Shown here: in pieces, positions 12,926 to 23,940 of the stretch
Position numbering within the stretch: position 1 is the stretch's first letter
Layout: each line of letters begins with the position of its first letter
Source: Psammoneis japonica
Lineage: Eukaryota
Reading direction: 5' to 3'
Assembly (NCBI GenBank): GCA_008632985.1
Contig: QPGO01000025.1
Coordinates: 186,001-250,000 of the forward strand
Length of the DNA stretch: 64,000 nucleotides
Program-made: the position numbers and the translations under genes
Notes under the pieces: generated by a model
The model's input: only the letters and a program-made list of their open reading frames with translations
What the model was told of the DNA's origin: nothing
The model's database searches: none

Positions 12926-13672
12926 CTATTGAGTTTTCTCTTGTTGTTGAATGTATTGATGGATAACAGCTTTCAGGGCTCGATTGGGTATTAAATCATC
13001 CCTAGAAATGGGCCTACGAGTAATCGGAGAACGACTGTTGCCTCCAGAAAGCCATTGGATGATGGCTTCTCGTTCATAGGAGTGTCCGTCTAAATCTATC
13101 ACTGGGTCCACCATGATGGAACCCGTGATTGGACACATCATTGTTCTCTCCAACATGTTCCTCGGGTCGCCATCAGAGCCATAAACTGTTGTGTCTTGCC
13201 TTCGATAATTGAAAAAGGCTCTTGCCAACATGCCCAGAACGCCACCAAGTTGACATTCGCTCTGATCCCTCTCCCAAGTTGTTGTAAAGTCTCTTTCTTG
13301 ATAAATGCTGCCTGAGGCTTCGTCGCTATCATGGGAATGGGCATCGACAGACTCAACGCTAGATACACTACTCGAGGCAAGATGAGCCACAAATGATGCT
13401 TCCTCTCTAGGACCATAGTCATCAAAACCTGGATGACGATAGAGTGGATCCATGAAGGTAGATTGGTGCCGCGCTCTCGAGGAAAATAAAGACACCTCCT
13501 CGGCAACCTCAACTCGAGTGGGCGTCAAGGTTGGATCCAATGGGGGTCGCCGACTGTTCACAATGCGACCTCTCTGTTCCACGCTCGTCAGTCTTCGATG
13601 AGCATTGCTCCTATGTGTCAAGGTTGGATCCAGTGGCGGACGTCGCCTCCTCATGTCTTCCATCCAATCCAT
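12926..13672 (-). CDS. U-box domain protein (putative E3 ubiquitin ligase)
   Basis: C-terminal CPITGSIMVDPVIDLDGHSYEREAIIQWL..SPITR..LIPNRALKAVI. N-terminal RRPPLDPTLT occurs twice. Confidence 0.9.
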   Translation of the reverse strand: MDWMEDMRRRRPPLDPTLTHRSNAHRRLTSVEQRGRIVNSRRPPLDPTLTPTRVEVAEEVSLFSSRARHQSTFMDPLYRHPGFDDYGPREEASFVAHLASSSVSSVESVDAHSHDSDEASGSIYQERDFTTTWERDQSECQLGGVLGMLARAFFNYRRQDTTVYGSDGDPRNMLERTMMCPITGSIMVDPVIDLDGHSYEREAIIQWLSGGNSRSPITRRPISRDDLIPNRALKAVIHQYIQQQEKTQ

Positions 13673-14114
13673 GCCGCTACTGTTTGTAGAGCGAGCTTGT
13701 CATGGCGGCAGCGCCGAACAAGTGAAAGTGATGAGTGATGATGCGTGAGATGGGCGGCAAGGCAGGGGCAAGCGTTGACTCACGAATGGGAAATAAACTT
13801 TTATTCAGTGCGATACATTGAACATAATATTATAAAAAATATAACATTACGTTTTAAAACATTACGCGCCTGCCGGCCTCAACAGCTTTCCACCTCTTCG
13901 GGAATGCCTGAACGGGACCGGGGCAATTCTTTCCAAGGCGGTTCCCTGGGCTTTCGTTTTTGCTCCTCGATTCGTTGCTTCGAGAACTCTCACATCCACG
14001 CCTCAATCGTTTGCGGTGCTGCGTCGTGACACTCGTCCTTTGGTGCATCTGACACATGGCCTTGATCAAAAGACTCGTGTGAAAAGACCACTGGGGGGGC
14101 AGCAACAGGCGCTC

Positions 14115-15431
14115 GATGTGTTTTCATCCCAGGTGAGAAACTTTTGGACACATCACGAGGTTTTCTACGTGTTTCTACATGAGACGTACATTTAGCACCA
14201 AAAATCTTAGTAAAAAACGAGCTCCATGACAGTAAAAATGTGTTTTTCCATGTCTCGAACCACAAACCACAATTCGCGCAAACCGAAAATGGCACCATGC
14301 CGTCGCCATGAACTCGTCCATTCTCACACCAACGGATGTTGTGACTGAGAAGGCAAGAATGCCGAGACAGGTCAACAAGACAACGCTCAATGCGATGATG
14401 TGGTTGAAAATTTGATCTTTGTTTTTTGTTGTGCCTTGTGGACAGCCTTTTGACTCATGACATTTTTGATGCCTCTTTCTCTCTTCCTCAGCTTGCGAAG
14501 CAGGATTCTCATCAACGCGCTGCTCCATCCACTTGACACCGGATGCTGACAACGAAGAATGTTTCCATGACACGTTGCTGTGATTCTTGCAATGCATTGT
14601 CCGCACTTTGAGTCGTCATGGACGACGCTTTTGGGTCGCGCGACAACATCAGATTTCGCTTCCGACAAGAGAATCGTCATGTGCTCGGTTTTGAGGGTGT
14701 GTGAGGATAAAGAATCTCAGATGCAAGTGTGACAGTTTCATCATTGTAAAGCAGAACAATGCCATTGGCGACATCTCAGTGTTGCAGCCATTTTGTTTTA
14801 TTCTAAGATAGAACCAGTCATTTTGAGCGGTGAAATTTTGTCAACATTTCATCTTTAACTCTGCTTGGGCATGTCAAATCACATGACAACTGGACACACA
14901 TTGAACTTTGACGCCACTGTTTCAATCCCATTGTTTTATTCACTCAAGTGTCCCACACAGGTCGACAAATCAGTCGATCTTTGAAATGGCCGATCGCGCA
15001 AAAAAATCACGTGCGAAGTCAGTTCCCCCGATTTTTCTCATGCAAACAACAGAGTTAGAACGCCGTTCTTTTTTGGCATGAGCTCTTTGTGCAATGAACA
15101 ATGCGTGCATTCTTTCAAAGCAGTCAGATTCGGTGAAAGAAACAGCAGAATGGTCTCTCAAATGCACCAGAATGACAACAACGAGCAGACAGCTGTCAGT
15201 TTCACTCCAAAAAATGCCGCTTTCGAGACAGCGCTTTTCTTGCACACACCCTTCAACCAATGAGAATGACAGCTGGCTTTTCAAAACAAACATGTCTGTG
15301 GAAAGAAGAAACGAAAAATCGGGGGAAAGTCCAGTCAGATTTGCTCGCACAAAAAGCACGGCGATGGAAAAGGGACAGACGAAACGTCTCACCTCCGCAT
15401 GCGCGTTTCTCACCTGGGATGAAAACACATC
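14115..15431. mobile_element. Non-autonomous TIR DNA transposon (MITE-like, 1317 bp)
   Basis: Perfect 27-bp inverted repeats (gatgtgttttcatcccaggtgagaaac at 14115-14141 and 15405-15431) flanked by the 4-bp direct repeat GCTC (14111-14114, 15432-15435). Confidence 0.9.
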
Positions 15432-17705
15432 GCTCGAGATCTGCTGGACCCAAAACCTTGCTTCATCCCGCAGCACCAGCACAGATGACAAGACAGCCAA
15501 AAGGACTTTGCACAATGATTGGCTGCAAAAAGAGGAGTGCAATCACTGCAAAAAGCACAAAACAGAGCATCCCCGACAGCACATCTGCCAGAAAGAGCAT
15601 CATCCGCCGCAAGAGCCAGTGTCGGCGCAACGCCGCCACAACAAGATGAGAAGCAACATGGCCACGTCAACTTTGCTGACCCTGTGGGGAAATTTCCTTG
15701 GAGGGGCATTGCACTCTTTGTCATTGTCAAGGGACTTGAGTTCCAAAAGCTCCTGGTGCTCATGCAGCAGAAGGGGAGAGCATGTGGGGCAACCTTGCAG
15801 TGACCAGCCAACGGATGGCATGATTGGGAGCTCCTCCTTGAGGAGACCCCAGGCAAGTTGCTGTGACTGTGAGTTTCTTGTTGGAGCAAGGAGGCTCCAT
15901 TCTTGCTGACAGCTGAGTCAAAGGCTGCTGGGGTGACTTCACAAACATCCCCCCAACAGTGCATGCAGAGACAACTCTTGCAGCCAGCACGATGATTGCA
16001 GGGGGGTGGGGGGATTTTTCCACCTCTGGAAATCTTCCACACATCGCATTTTTCAGATTTTCTGTCTGTCATCTTCTATGCAAAATGGTCTGTGCACAAG
16101 CATCACTCCAGCCAGACCAGCAATGCCAGCTGCCACATGTGTGGGTTTGAGGGTTCCTCTCAGCACACCATGCAGTGCAAGTGGACAAGCCACTTGCTTC
16201 ACAGAGTTGTCATTCGTCATTCATGATGGCCTCAAATGCAACTGCACAATGGAAAATCTTTTTTTGCCACAGTCAATCTGCTGCTGCTTCATTGCTGTTT
16301 GCCAAACAAACGTCGCACACAGCAACCAAGATCAATCTTTCCCGCAGCATTTTGCTGTTTCAATTCAGGGTGAACTCTCCTTTGCCATGCAGAAAGATGT
16401 GCAAAACAAGTGCCAGATTGTTGGGTGCAACTAAAAATGACACACCATGGTGCTGCTGCGATTGCTTCCATTTTTTCAACATGCTGCACCCTTGTCAGGT
16501 TCACCGCCTGTGCCGCTGCAAGGTGGGCAACTCAAAGAGACACCACAGCATGCGTTGAAGATCAGCTTGAACTGCTTGTGGGTGCCATGAGCCTTGCAGC
16601 AATGCTCTGACATGGTGCAGAGAAGTTCAGAGTCAGTGAGTGCCAGCTCAGACATGTTGGTGTGAAAGCACTGCCTTTTCTGTGGCAAACTGCCTTGCGA
16701 CACTTCAAAAGAATGGAGAAATTTTAAAATGACCAGTTGGAGGTTGCTTGGAAAGAAGGGTGGCACTTTTGGAAACATTGCTGTGATGCATTGTGATGCA
16801 CTTCAAAAAACAATCCAGAACACAGACTTGACACAAGTTTGCACACAACTTCCACATTGAAAGCGGGACTTTGTTTTTTCCTTCCACTGTTTGCCAAGTC
16901 CTTGAGATTTAACTGGGGTGTTCTCTCAAGGTGCACTTGGCTGCAGTGGGAGAAAGGAGCAAAAGACTTTGACAAGCACTCAGTGCTGCTCTGTTGCTTG
17001 TTGTTTTTCACCCAAAGAACCAGGCAATCTTTTGTGACAAGGCACACAAAGATTGGAAATGTGGTGTTGCAGGCATGGCCAAGTTTTTTGATGACACAAG
17101 TGGGCACCAGTGGTTTTGACAACCCAAATGCCAGCAGCAAGACACTGAGCATTTGTGTTCTGGCAGTCAGCCTGGTGGTGAACTGCCGCAGGCACGTGTG
17201 AGTGCTGCAGCATTGTCAGTGGGATGCCAAGCACTGGCATGGTGCATTCCAACAGTCAGCTCCAACTGCACCATGCATGGACAAACTTCACAACATGCTC
17301 AATGGGTGTCAGTGGCTGTGTGAAATTCCCGCTGCAGATCATGTGTGATGCCCCAGACACTGGTGTGCATGCGGTGCTTCTTGCTTGAGCTTGGTGTTGT
17401 TCGTTGAACCAAGTCTGACCACAAGTGTTAAAAATGTGCAGATTTGCATGATGACAATTTGTCAAAATGTTGCAAAACATTTTTGTTGTGTGATGAAAGG
17501 CCAACCTCTGGTTGCAAGTTTGCCACACCAATGTTGCAACAACTTGTTGAGAATCATGCATGATGTGTTTCTCTGTGTCCACATCACCACATCTGCCTCC
17601 ACCTTGTTGCCATGTGCCAATGCGTGATTGCATTTCCACACAATCCTTGGTTTGCCAATTTTCACAAACATCATTTTAAATGAGAAAAGCATTTCATCGG
17701 TTGAG

Positions 17706-18949
17706 TCAATCCCTTGTCACGTCTGCAGTGCAATGACCGAGTGCTGTGTTAACTGTGCACACATTTTCTTGCCACAACTCTCTTGAACTAAGCCAACGAT
17801 CATCATCGGACTCGTCTCCATCGGACTCGTCTCCTCCGTCATCCGTTTTGCCTTTTGCGCCTTCCTCCTGCTCATCGTCGTCACTGTTGTTGTCCCTGCT
17901 GCTCTCCACCATCAGGCTGTTCATTGCCTTCACCTCATCCGCATCACCGGCCGGTGCTTTCTTTTTCTTCTTTTTTGCTTCTCCGGACTTCTCATGCTTG
18001 CTTTTCTTGATCTCCGCATGCCACTTTTCAAACTCCTTGCCCTCCTTGGAGTCTCTGTCTTTCGTCACCTCTTTGCATGAATCGTTGGACCAATTGATTC
18101 CGTCGTCTCCCCAAGACACTCATTGTTTCTTTGGCTTCGTGTGCCAAGGGGCAGGCCTTGTTTCTTTGGGCTCCATTTCCTCACCCAATTCTTCCACCGC
18201 CTCCTCCTTGTTCCTGCATGCCCACACCTGCCAACAATTCTCCATGGCTGACAGCGCCAAAGCTTCGTCACCGACCGCAAACAACTGTGAGACTTTGTGC
18301 GTTCCCAGTTTTGACGGTGCTGCTCCGCGCCTGCTTTTGCTTGGTTTGAGGCAGGATGTGATCACAGAACCACTTGTGTGCCTGCTTGTTCCTTTGTTTG
18401 CCGCCGGTGACAGTGTCTGGGCCAAACGGATCCCATGTCGGCACAAACGGGATGTCATTCTCTTCACTCTTGTCACGGCTTGACTTTTTCCTCTTTTTCC
18501 TCCTGTCTGCCGCCTTGAGTTTCTTTTCTTTTTCCTTTCCCTCTTCCTTTGGTGACAATGCCCACATGGACAAAGCATCACCGTCATCTTCTTGTGAGAT
18601 GCGCGCAACTCTCGAATCACACACATTGGTCACTTGACTTGTGGGCCATTGCCTCCGCCCCAATGGCTGAACACACCGTGTTTCTGCGATTGTCAATTTG
18701 CCTTTTTACCACCTTTTTTGCCCATTCCTCCCAAGTTCCTGACCAATTTGAAGTGTCCATGTTGCCGCCAGCAATCTGTTTCTTGACAAACATTGAGACG
18801 CTCCCATTGCTTGCCAATTCTGATGGACTGAGAAACTTCACCTGTGGAAAGAGATCATTTCCAGCCACCTTCTCTGCTTCTGATTTCAATGCACCATGCG
18901 CTGCCGGCGTGCCTGTTCTCTTCAACACTGCCTGAAGTCTCGGGCTCAT
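17706..18949 (-). pseudogene. Degenerate accessory ORF of the type seen beside diatom Plavaka transposases
   Basis: Frameshifted pieces: LFPQVKFL..RRNTVCSAI; KWFCDHIL; GDEALALSAMENCWQVW; WGDDGINWSNDSCKEVTKDR. Divergent from the transposase. Recognised from memory of the family, not from a search. Confidence 0.6.
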
Positions 18950-19457
18950 TGGCTTGACAGTCTCATTTTTTTTCTCTTCTTTGCCGGTTGTGCTGGAGAC
19001 GACATCTTGATCTTTTCACGGCAACAATGAGAGGAGTGGCACTGTTTGACAGTGCAACCGTCGTTTGGGTCGTGTTGAGACAGCCAGGCACTCCATTTTT
19101 CTCTGTGACATTGCACAAGTTGTTGTCAGCAACATTGAAATTTGAAAACACATTTGCACACAACAACAAACAGCCCAACTTGCTTTTTGACATGGCTGTC
19201 ATTGCGTTTCAACGGAGATGATGTCCTGCATTTTGACAGCAAATAAAAAGCACAATGTTCATTGTGGATGCCAGACAAAAAATCAAAATGCAGACATGCC
19301 ACACCTGTGAGAATCATCCCAATCTGGAAGACAATGTGATGTTTGCCAATTTCCCGCCATTTTTTTTGTGTTGTTCCTTTTTTCCCTTCTCATCCACAAG
19401 ACAAGGATGACGAGCATGAGTCTTGATGAAGGCCCTGTCAACATTGTCTGATTTACA

Positions 19458-22400
19458 ATGGATGGAAACCCTCTTCTCTGTCCCGGTTGTGGCCAAAGTT
19501 TTTTGCGAACAGCCTGCCATTGGAGATGCTCACCGACGTGTTGCTCAGTTGCCCAAGAGTTGCAAACCCAAGATCCAATCCCAGATCAAAGCGACATTCC
19601 TGCCACAACAGAGGGGCCACCTGAAGAAAGTGGCAGCTCTTCCTCTTTGTCCTCTGATGATGACGAATCCCATCCGAGGCAATCAACTTGCAGCAGATTC
19701 CCAAGATCTTCAACGAGTGATCCGAGCAGCAGCCCCTTGTTCCCCTCCCAGGATGACGCACCACACGGAATGGACGACATGTCCTCCATTTCATCAAACC
19801 ACAGCATGCAAGGAGTTGAACTTTTGGCAATGAACGATTTGGATGTTGGCGGTGGTCAATCCTTTGCTGCAGTGTTGGACGTGACAATGGAGGAGGAAGA
19901 GGACATTGACGATGAGGACCAACGTTTGGGATCAGGTGTGACGCTCCTGCAGAAGAGGCCTTGGCTTCTGCTCCCTCTTTGACTAATCTTGACGGAGCTT
20001 GCGCAGAGTTGTGCAAGAAGCTCATGGACACACGTGGTGCTCCCCTGGAATTGCACAACCACATTGTTGATTTCATTGAGAGGCACACTGGCAACAGCAA
20101 CATTGAGCTTGGCACAGTTCTGCCAAGGAGAAAAGAGTTGATGCGTGCCTTAACCAAGCATTTCCCTCTTCCACCCAGCGAGTCCATTCCTGTCACTCTA
20201 GAAACCAAAAATTTCAAAACCGGTTTGCCAAAACGAGTGTCAGTGCCAAGATGGGATTTCACAAAGGTTTGGGAACAGTTTTTGCTCGATCCTCACCTGT
20301 GGTGCAGCAGAGAGAACATGGCCGATCCAGACAATCCTTTTGGGAAGTGCAAAGCGAAGGGACCCAGATGACAAGTGCCTTTTGGCGGGTGAGTGGCACA
20401 GGCGCAGTTGCGAAGAACGGATGACTGACCCAGAGAAACAATTTCTTGAGTGCAATGTCATTTACCTCAACAAGACTGGCAGGACACAAGGGATGGGATC
20501 ATGTTGCGGAGAACCAGTGATCATGACCTCTGCGCATGTTGCCTTCAACAAATGGTCAGACAAGAGTGTCTGGAAACCAATTGGTTGTCTCCCGGATTTG
20601 GAAAAGATGTCGTCATCTGCGGCAAAGAATCTCTCAAACAATCGCAAGGCGGAGAAGGGACGCTCGTCAAGAGACTGCCACACTTGCTTGCGTGTCATTT
20701 TGGAGCCACTTTTGGAAGTCATGAGAAAAGGAGGCATGAAAACATGCGTGCGACGAGGGGATGAGATGCGACACCTCCACGCAATCCCGCTGATCGTTCT
20801 CATCACAGGAGATGCAAAAAGCGGCGACTGTCTCGTCGGACGATGCGGAGGTCACAACTGTCGTCAACGTTGCTGTCGTTTTTGCCTCACTGGCTTCAAC
20901 AAACTGGACGACCCATGGATTGAATGCGAGTTATCCGAGGACTGGATCTCCACCAAGTGCAAACCAAGGCCAACGACGACAACAGATCAGACCAAGAAAG
21001 GAAGCACTGGTTGGGCATCTTGCATCACCTCAAGCAACACAACGCACCTGCCAACTGTCTTTTTGAGGCAGACTTTGGCACACAACCACTCGGCATTGCC
21101 CTTGCGACAGCAAGCAACATGATGCATCTCTTTGAAAACGGCACCTTGAAAAGGGCAATCAATTCATTTGTAGACAGCATGACACCTGTGGTCGCAAGTG
21201 AGGTGGACAGCATGGTGGAAAGGATTTTCAGCAATCACCGGTCAACTTGCAAAGCATCCTTTTTGCGAACAAACTTCAAAGGAGGAGCAACGTCGCTTGC
21301 CTTCCTCAACTCTCACCGCTGGGCTGGAATGGCTTTTGTTTTCTGCCTTCTCCTGTTGACCAGCGAGGGACGAAACGCATGTGAGTCATGCTTCCTTGAC
21401 GAGGACGCAGACGAACCCATTGTTCCAGAGAATCGCAAGATGCCCAAAGTGAACTTTGAGAGCCACTGCCAACCTAGTGAGTGCTTGAACGACTCTGACA
21501 ATGAAAGGTCGGAGGAGTCCAAAGAGGGTGACTGGGATGCAAATGAGGATGAGAAAGAGGAGAGTGAGGCTGAGGATGGTGACGACAACCAAAAAAAGAA
21601 AAAACACAAGGGAAAAAGACTCAACTGCAGCGTCTGGCAATTCATTCAATTGCTCGAGGACCTTCTTGTCTTCCACGCATGGTGCAGGCTGGGCGATCCA
21701 CCCATCACAAGCGCAACTCCCAGTTCATCTGTTCAGAAAACAAACAAGAAAATCCGTCTCCTCATTGACCGGACAGTGCAATTCGTCCCGCGAACAGAAG
21801 GATGCGGGTGGAAGCTTCAAAAGCTTCATGAAACACTCCATCTCCCAGTGTTTCTTTGTTGTTGCCGACATGCGATGAACTTTGATGCAGGCTTGGGGGA
21901 ATGTCTCTTGAAAGACTTTTTCAAGCTGCCGTCATCTGCCGCACAACAACGCAACCTCGACAGTTTTCTGAAGCAGGTCGTGTCGCGTGTGGAGGACCAA
22001 ATGAGGCTCAACGCCGCAATTTCAGCCAACAGTTGGATTTTGCCAACTGGGAAAAAGGAATCATCAAGAGTCAGGACGGACAATCACACACTGGGAGGAA
22101 GTGCGTTCACTCTCACCTACAACCGAGGGATCGGCGCTGTGACGTTTGAGTGGAACAGCGAGCATGCTCGTTGCCAAGTTCATCCTGTGTTGCCAAACTT
22201 CATGTCGGAAAAGTGGGAGGATTGTGTTGGTGAAGACAGTGAAAATGCACACCTGACTTGCAAGACAGAGTTTTGCAATGCAACGGGAGGGATGCGCACC
22301 GTGCGCACCCCGATTGCAAAAGCGAAGGACCATGGCATGACTTTGCCTGTGTGACCTTTGGCACACGAAAGGGCGATCAACAGTTTCCCTCCCGTTTGCT

Positions 22401-22730
22401 GTGTTTCTTCGAAAAGGAAGACACAGGATTGATTTTTGCAGTTGTCCATCCAACTGCTTGTCAAGCTGACCAGAGAACTGTGAGGCAACGGCATCAGCAT
22501 GCAGACTTGGTCAGTCGCTGGCAGCTTGATCACAAACGAAACAACTGGCTTTCAACGCCTGAGAAGACTCAGTGCTCACCTGAGTTACGTGTTGTCCCTG
22601 TCGAAGCAATTGGGGACAATGTTTTGGTTCATGAAGAATGTCCAGGAGTGGCAGAAGCGCAAGAAAAGGCCCCATTTGTTTGGGCTGCACAGGACAGAAG
22701 GAAGTGTTGGTCAGATTTGTTTCTAAAATG
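19458..22730 (+). mobile_element. Degenerate Plavaka-type transposase
   Basis: N-terminal CxxC..H finger, then DPDNPFGK, GEWHRRSC, IYLNKTG..EPVIMT..WKPIGCLPDLE, ITGDAKSGDCLVGRCGGHNC..CRFC, MMHLFENG, WKLQKLHETLH..NFDAG.GE and HRAHPDCKSEGPWHDF. Several frameshifts. Confidence 0.8.
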
Positions 22731-23859
22731 GGGCACGCATGTCAATCTGTCATTCACTCACAGTGTGTGCATTTTTAGAGCAATTGCTTCCTCATGGATT
22801 CTATGCAGTGTCCACTTGCATGGTCCATTTGGTCATCCTGCGCCATGAAATGTTCCCTGGCAGCCACAATCGCCTGCTGAAAGTCGGCGCTGTGGTCAGG
22901 CTGGTTGACAGCCACCAATTGTGCCTCGATTTGCAATGCCAACTGCAGGACCCTTTCTCTTGCCACGGCTTCTTCGTCCATGGCCCGGATCGCGGTCCAT
23001 GTCCCTCCCCGCATTTGATCTGTGCCTGGCCTCAGATCACACAAAGCTTGCCACTGTCGCTGCAAGGCAACGTCTTTCCTTCTCAAATCGTCGAGGGCCT
23101 CGTGGAGCAACGTGATTGCATCCTTCAGGATGCGCTGCGGCTGTGTTAGATGTCGCCTTCAAAGGAGTGGCACGGCATGGCAGTGGATGGATTTGTCGAT
23201 GCTGTCAATCGCAGATTGCTCCCTCTCCACTGCTCTGTTGGCGTCTGTGTCAGAATTTGCCCTGAGGCTTCTCAGAAGCAACGTCAAGTCACAGCTGTGC
23301 AGCATGTTTAGCCTGCATTCTGATTTTTGATGTCCCGCAATGGAGATTGGGAGCCCCAATTCTTTTGCATCAAATGCGTTGCCGTGAAGAAAGCGTTGGA
23401 AACTCATTTCCGCTTCGCTGTGATTTTCCACTGCAACAACACAGTCGTTGTCTGAACAGTGTGTCTCGATCGATGACTTGATGCACTGCGCACAGATGTG
23501 CTTAAATTCGCAAGTGGTTGTTGCTTGATTTAACAAAGCACTGTCAAGTGCGGTCGTTGCAGCCACAACGGCACAACGGGCTTCTGCCATTGCTTCAGCC
23601 GATCTTGACACAGCAGCCTTTGCATCCTTTGCTCTCTGTTCCTCCGAACAACGAGCAGCGTCAGCGTGAACAAAACCATCAACTGTCTCCATCATCCGGC
23701 GACGGAAATCCTCAGCAGCGGATGGACGGAGTTCATCTGACATGGTTTTCTTCTAATGCTCTGATTGTTGTGGTCATGGGTCCACCATTGCATTCACCAG
23801 ATTGGTCATGCGTCAGTCACAAAATTCTGGTTTCTGTGGAAATGTGCCAGAGTGGTGCA

Positions 23860-23940
23860 TGGGAGAAGTCACATGCGCGCCTGGTGGGATTTGGAGTTTT
23901 GCACACAAAAACCCACCAGACGTGCATGTGACTTCTCCCA
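23860..23940. repeat. Hairpin-forming inverted repeat (29-bp arms, 23-nt spacer)
   Basis: tgggagaagtcacatgcgcgcctggtggg (23860-23888) vs the reverse complement of 23912-23940; 2 mismatches. Confidence 0.92.

Noticed and set aside
15500..17690. Possible piggyBac-like C-terminal Cys motif near 16800
   Set aside because: Cys patterns are unreliable in TG/CA-enriched DNA, and no catalytic motifs were seen.
19458..22730. Alternative genetic code or Tyr-free proteome
   Set aside because: Neighbouring host genes use TAT/TAC and TAA/TAG normally. The relics also carry frameshifts and stops.
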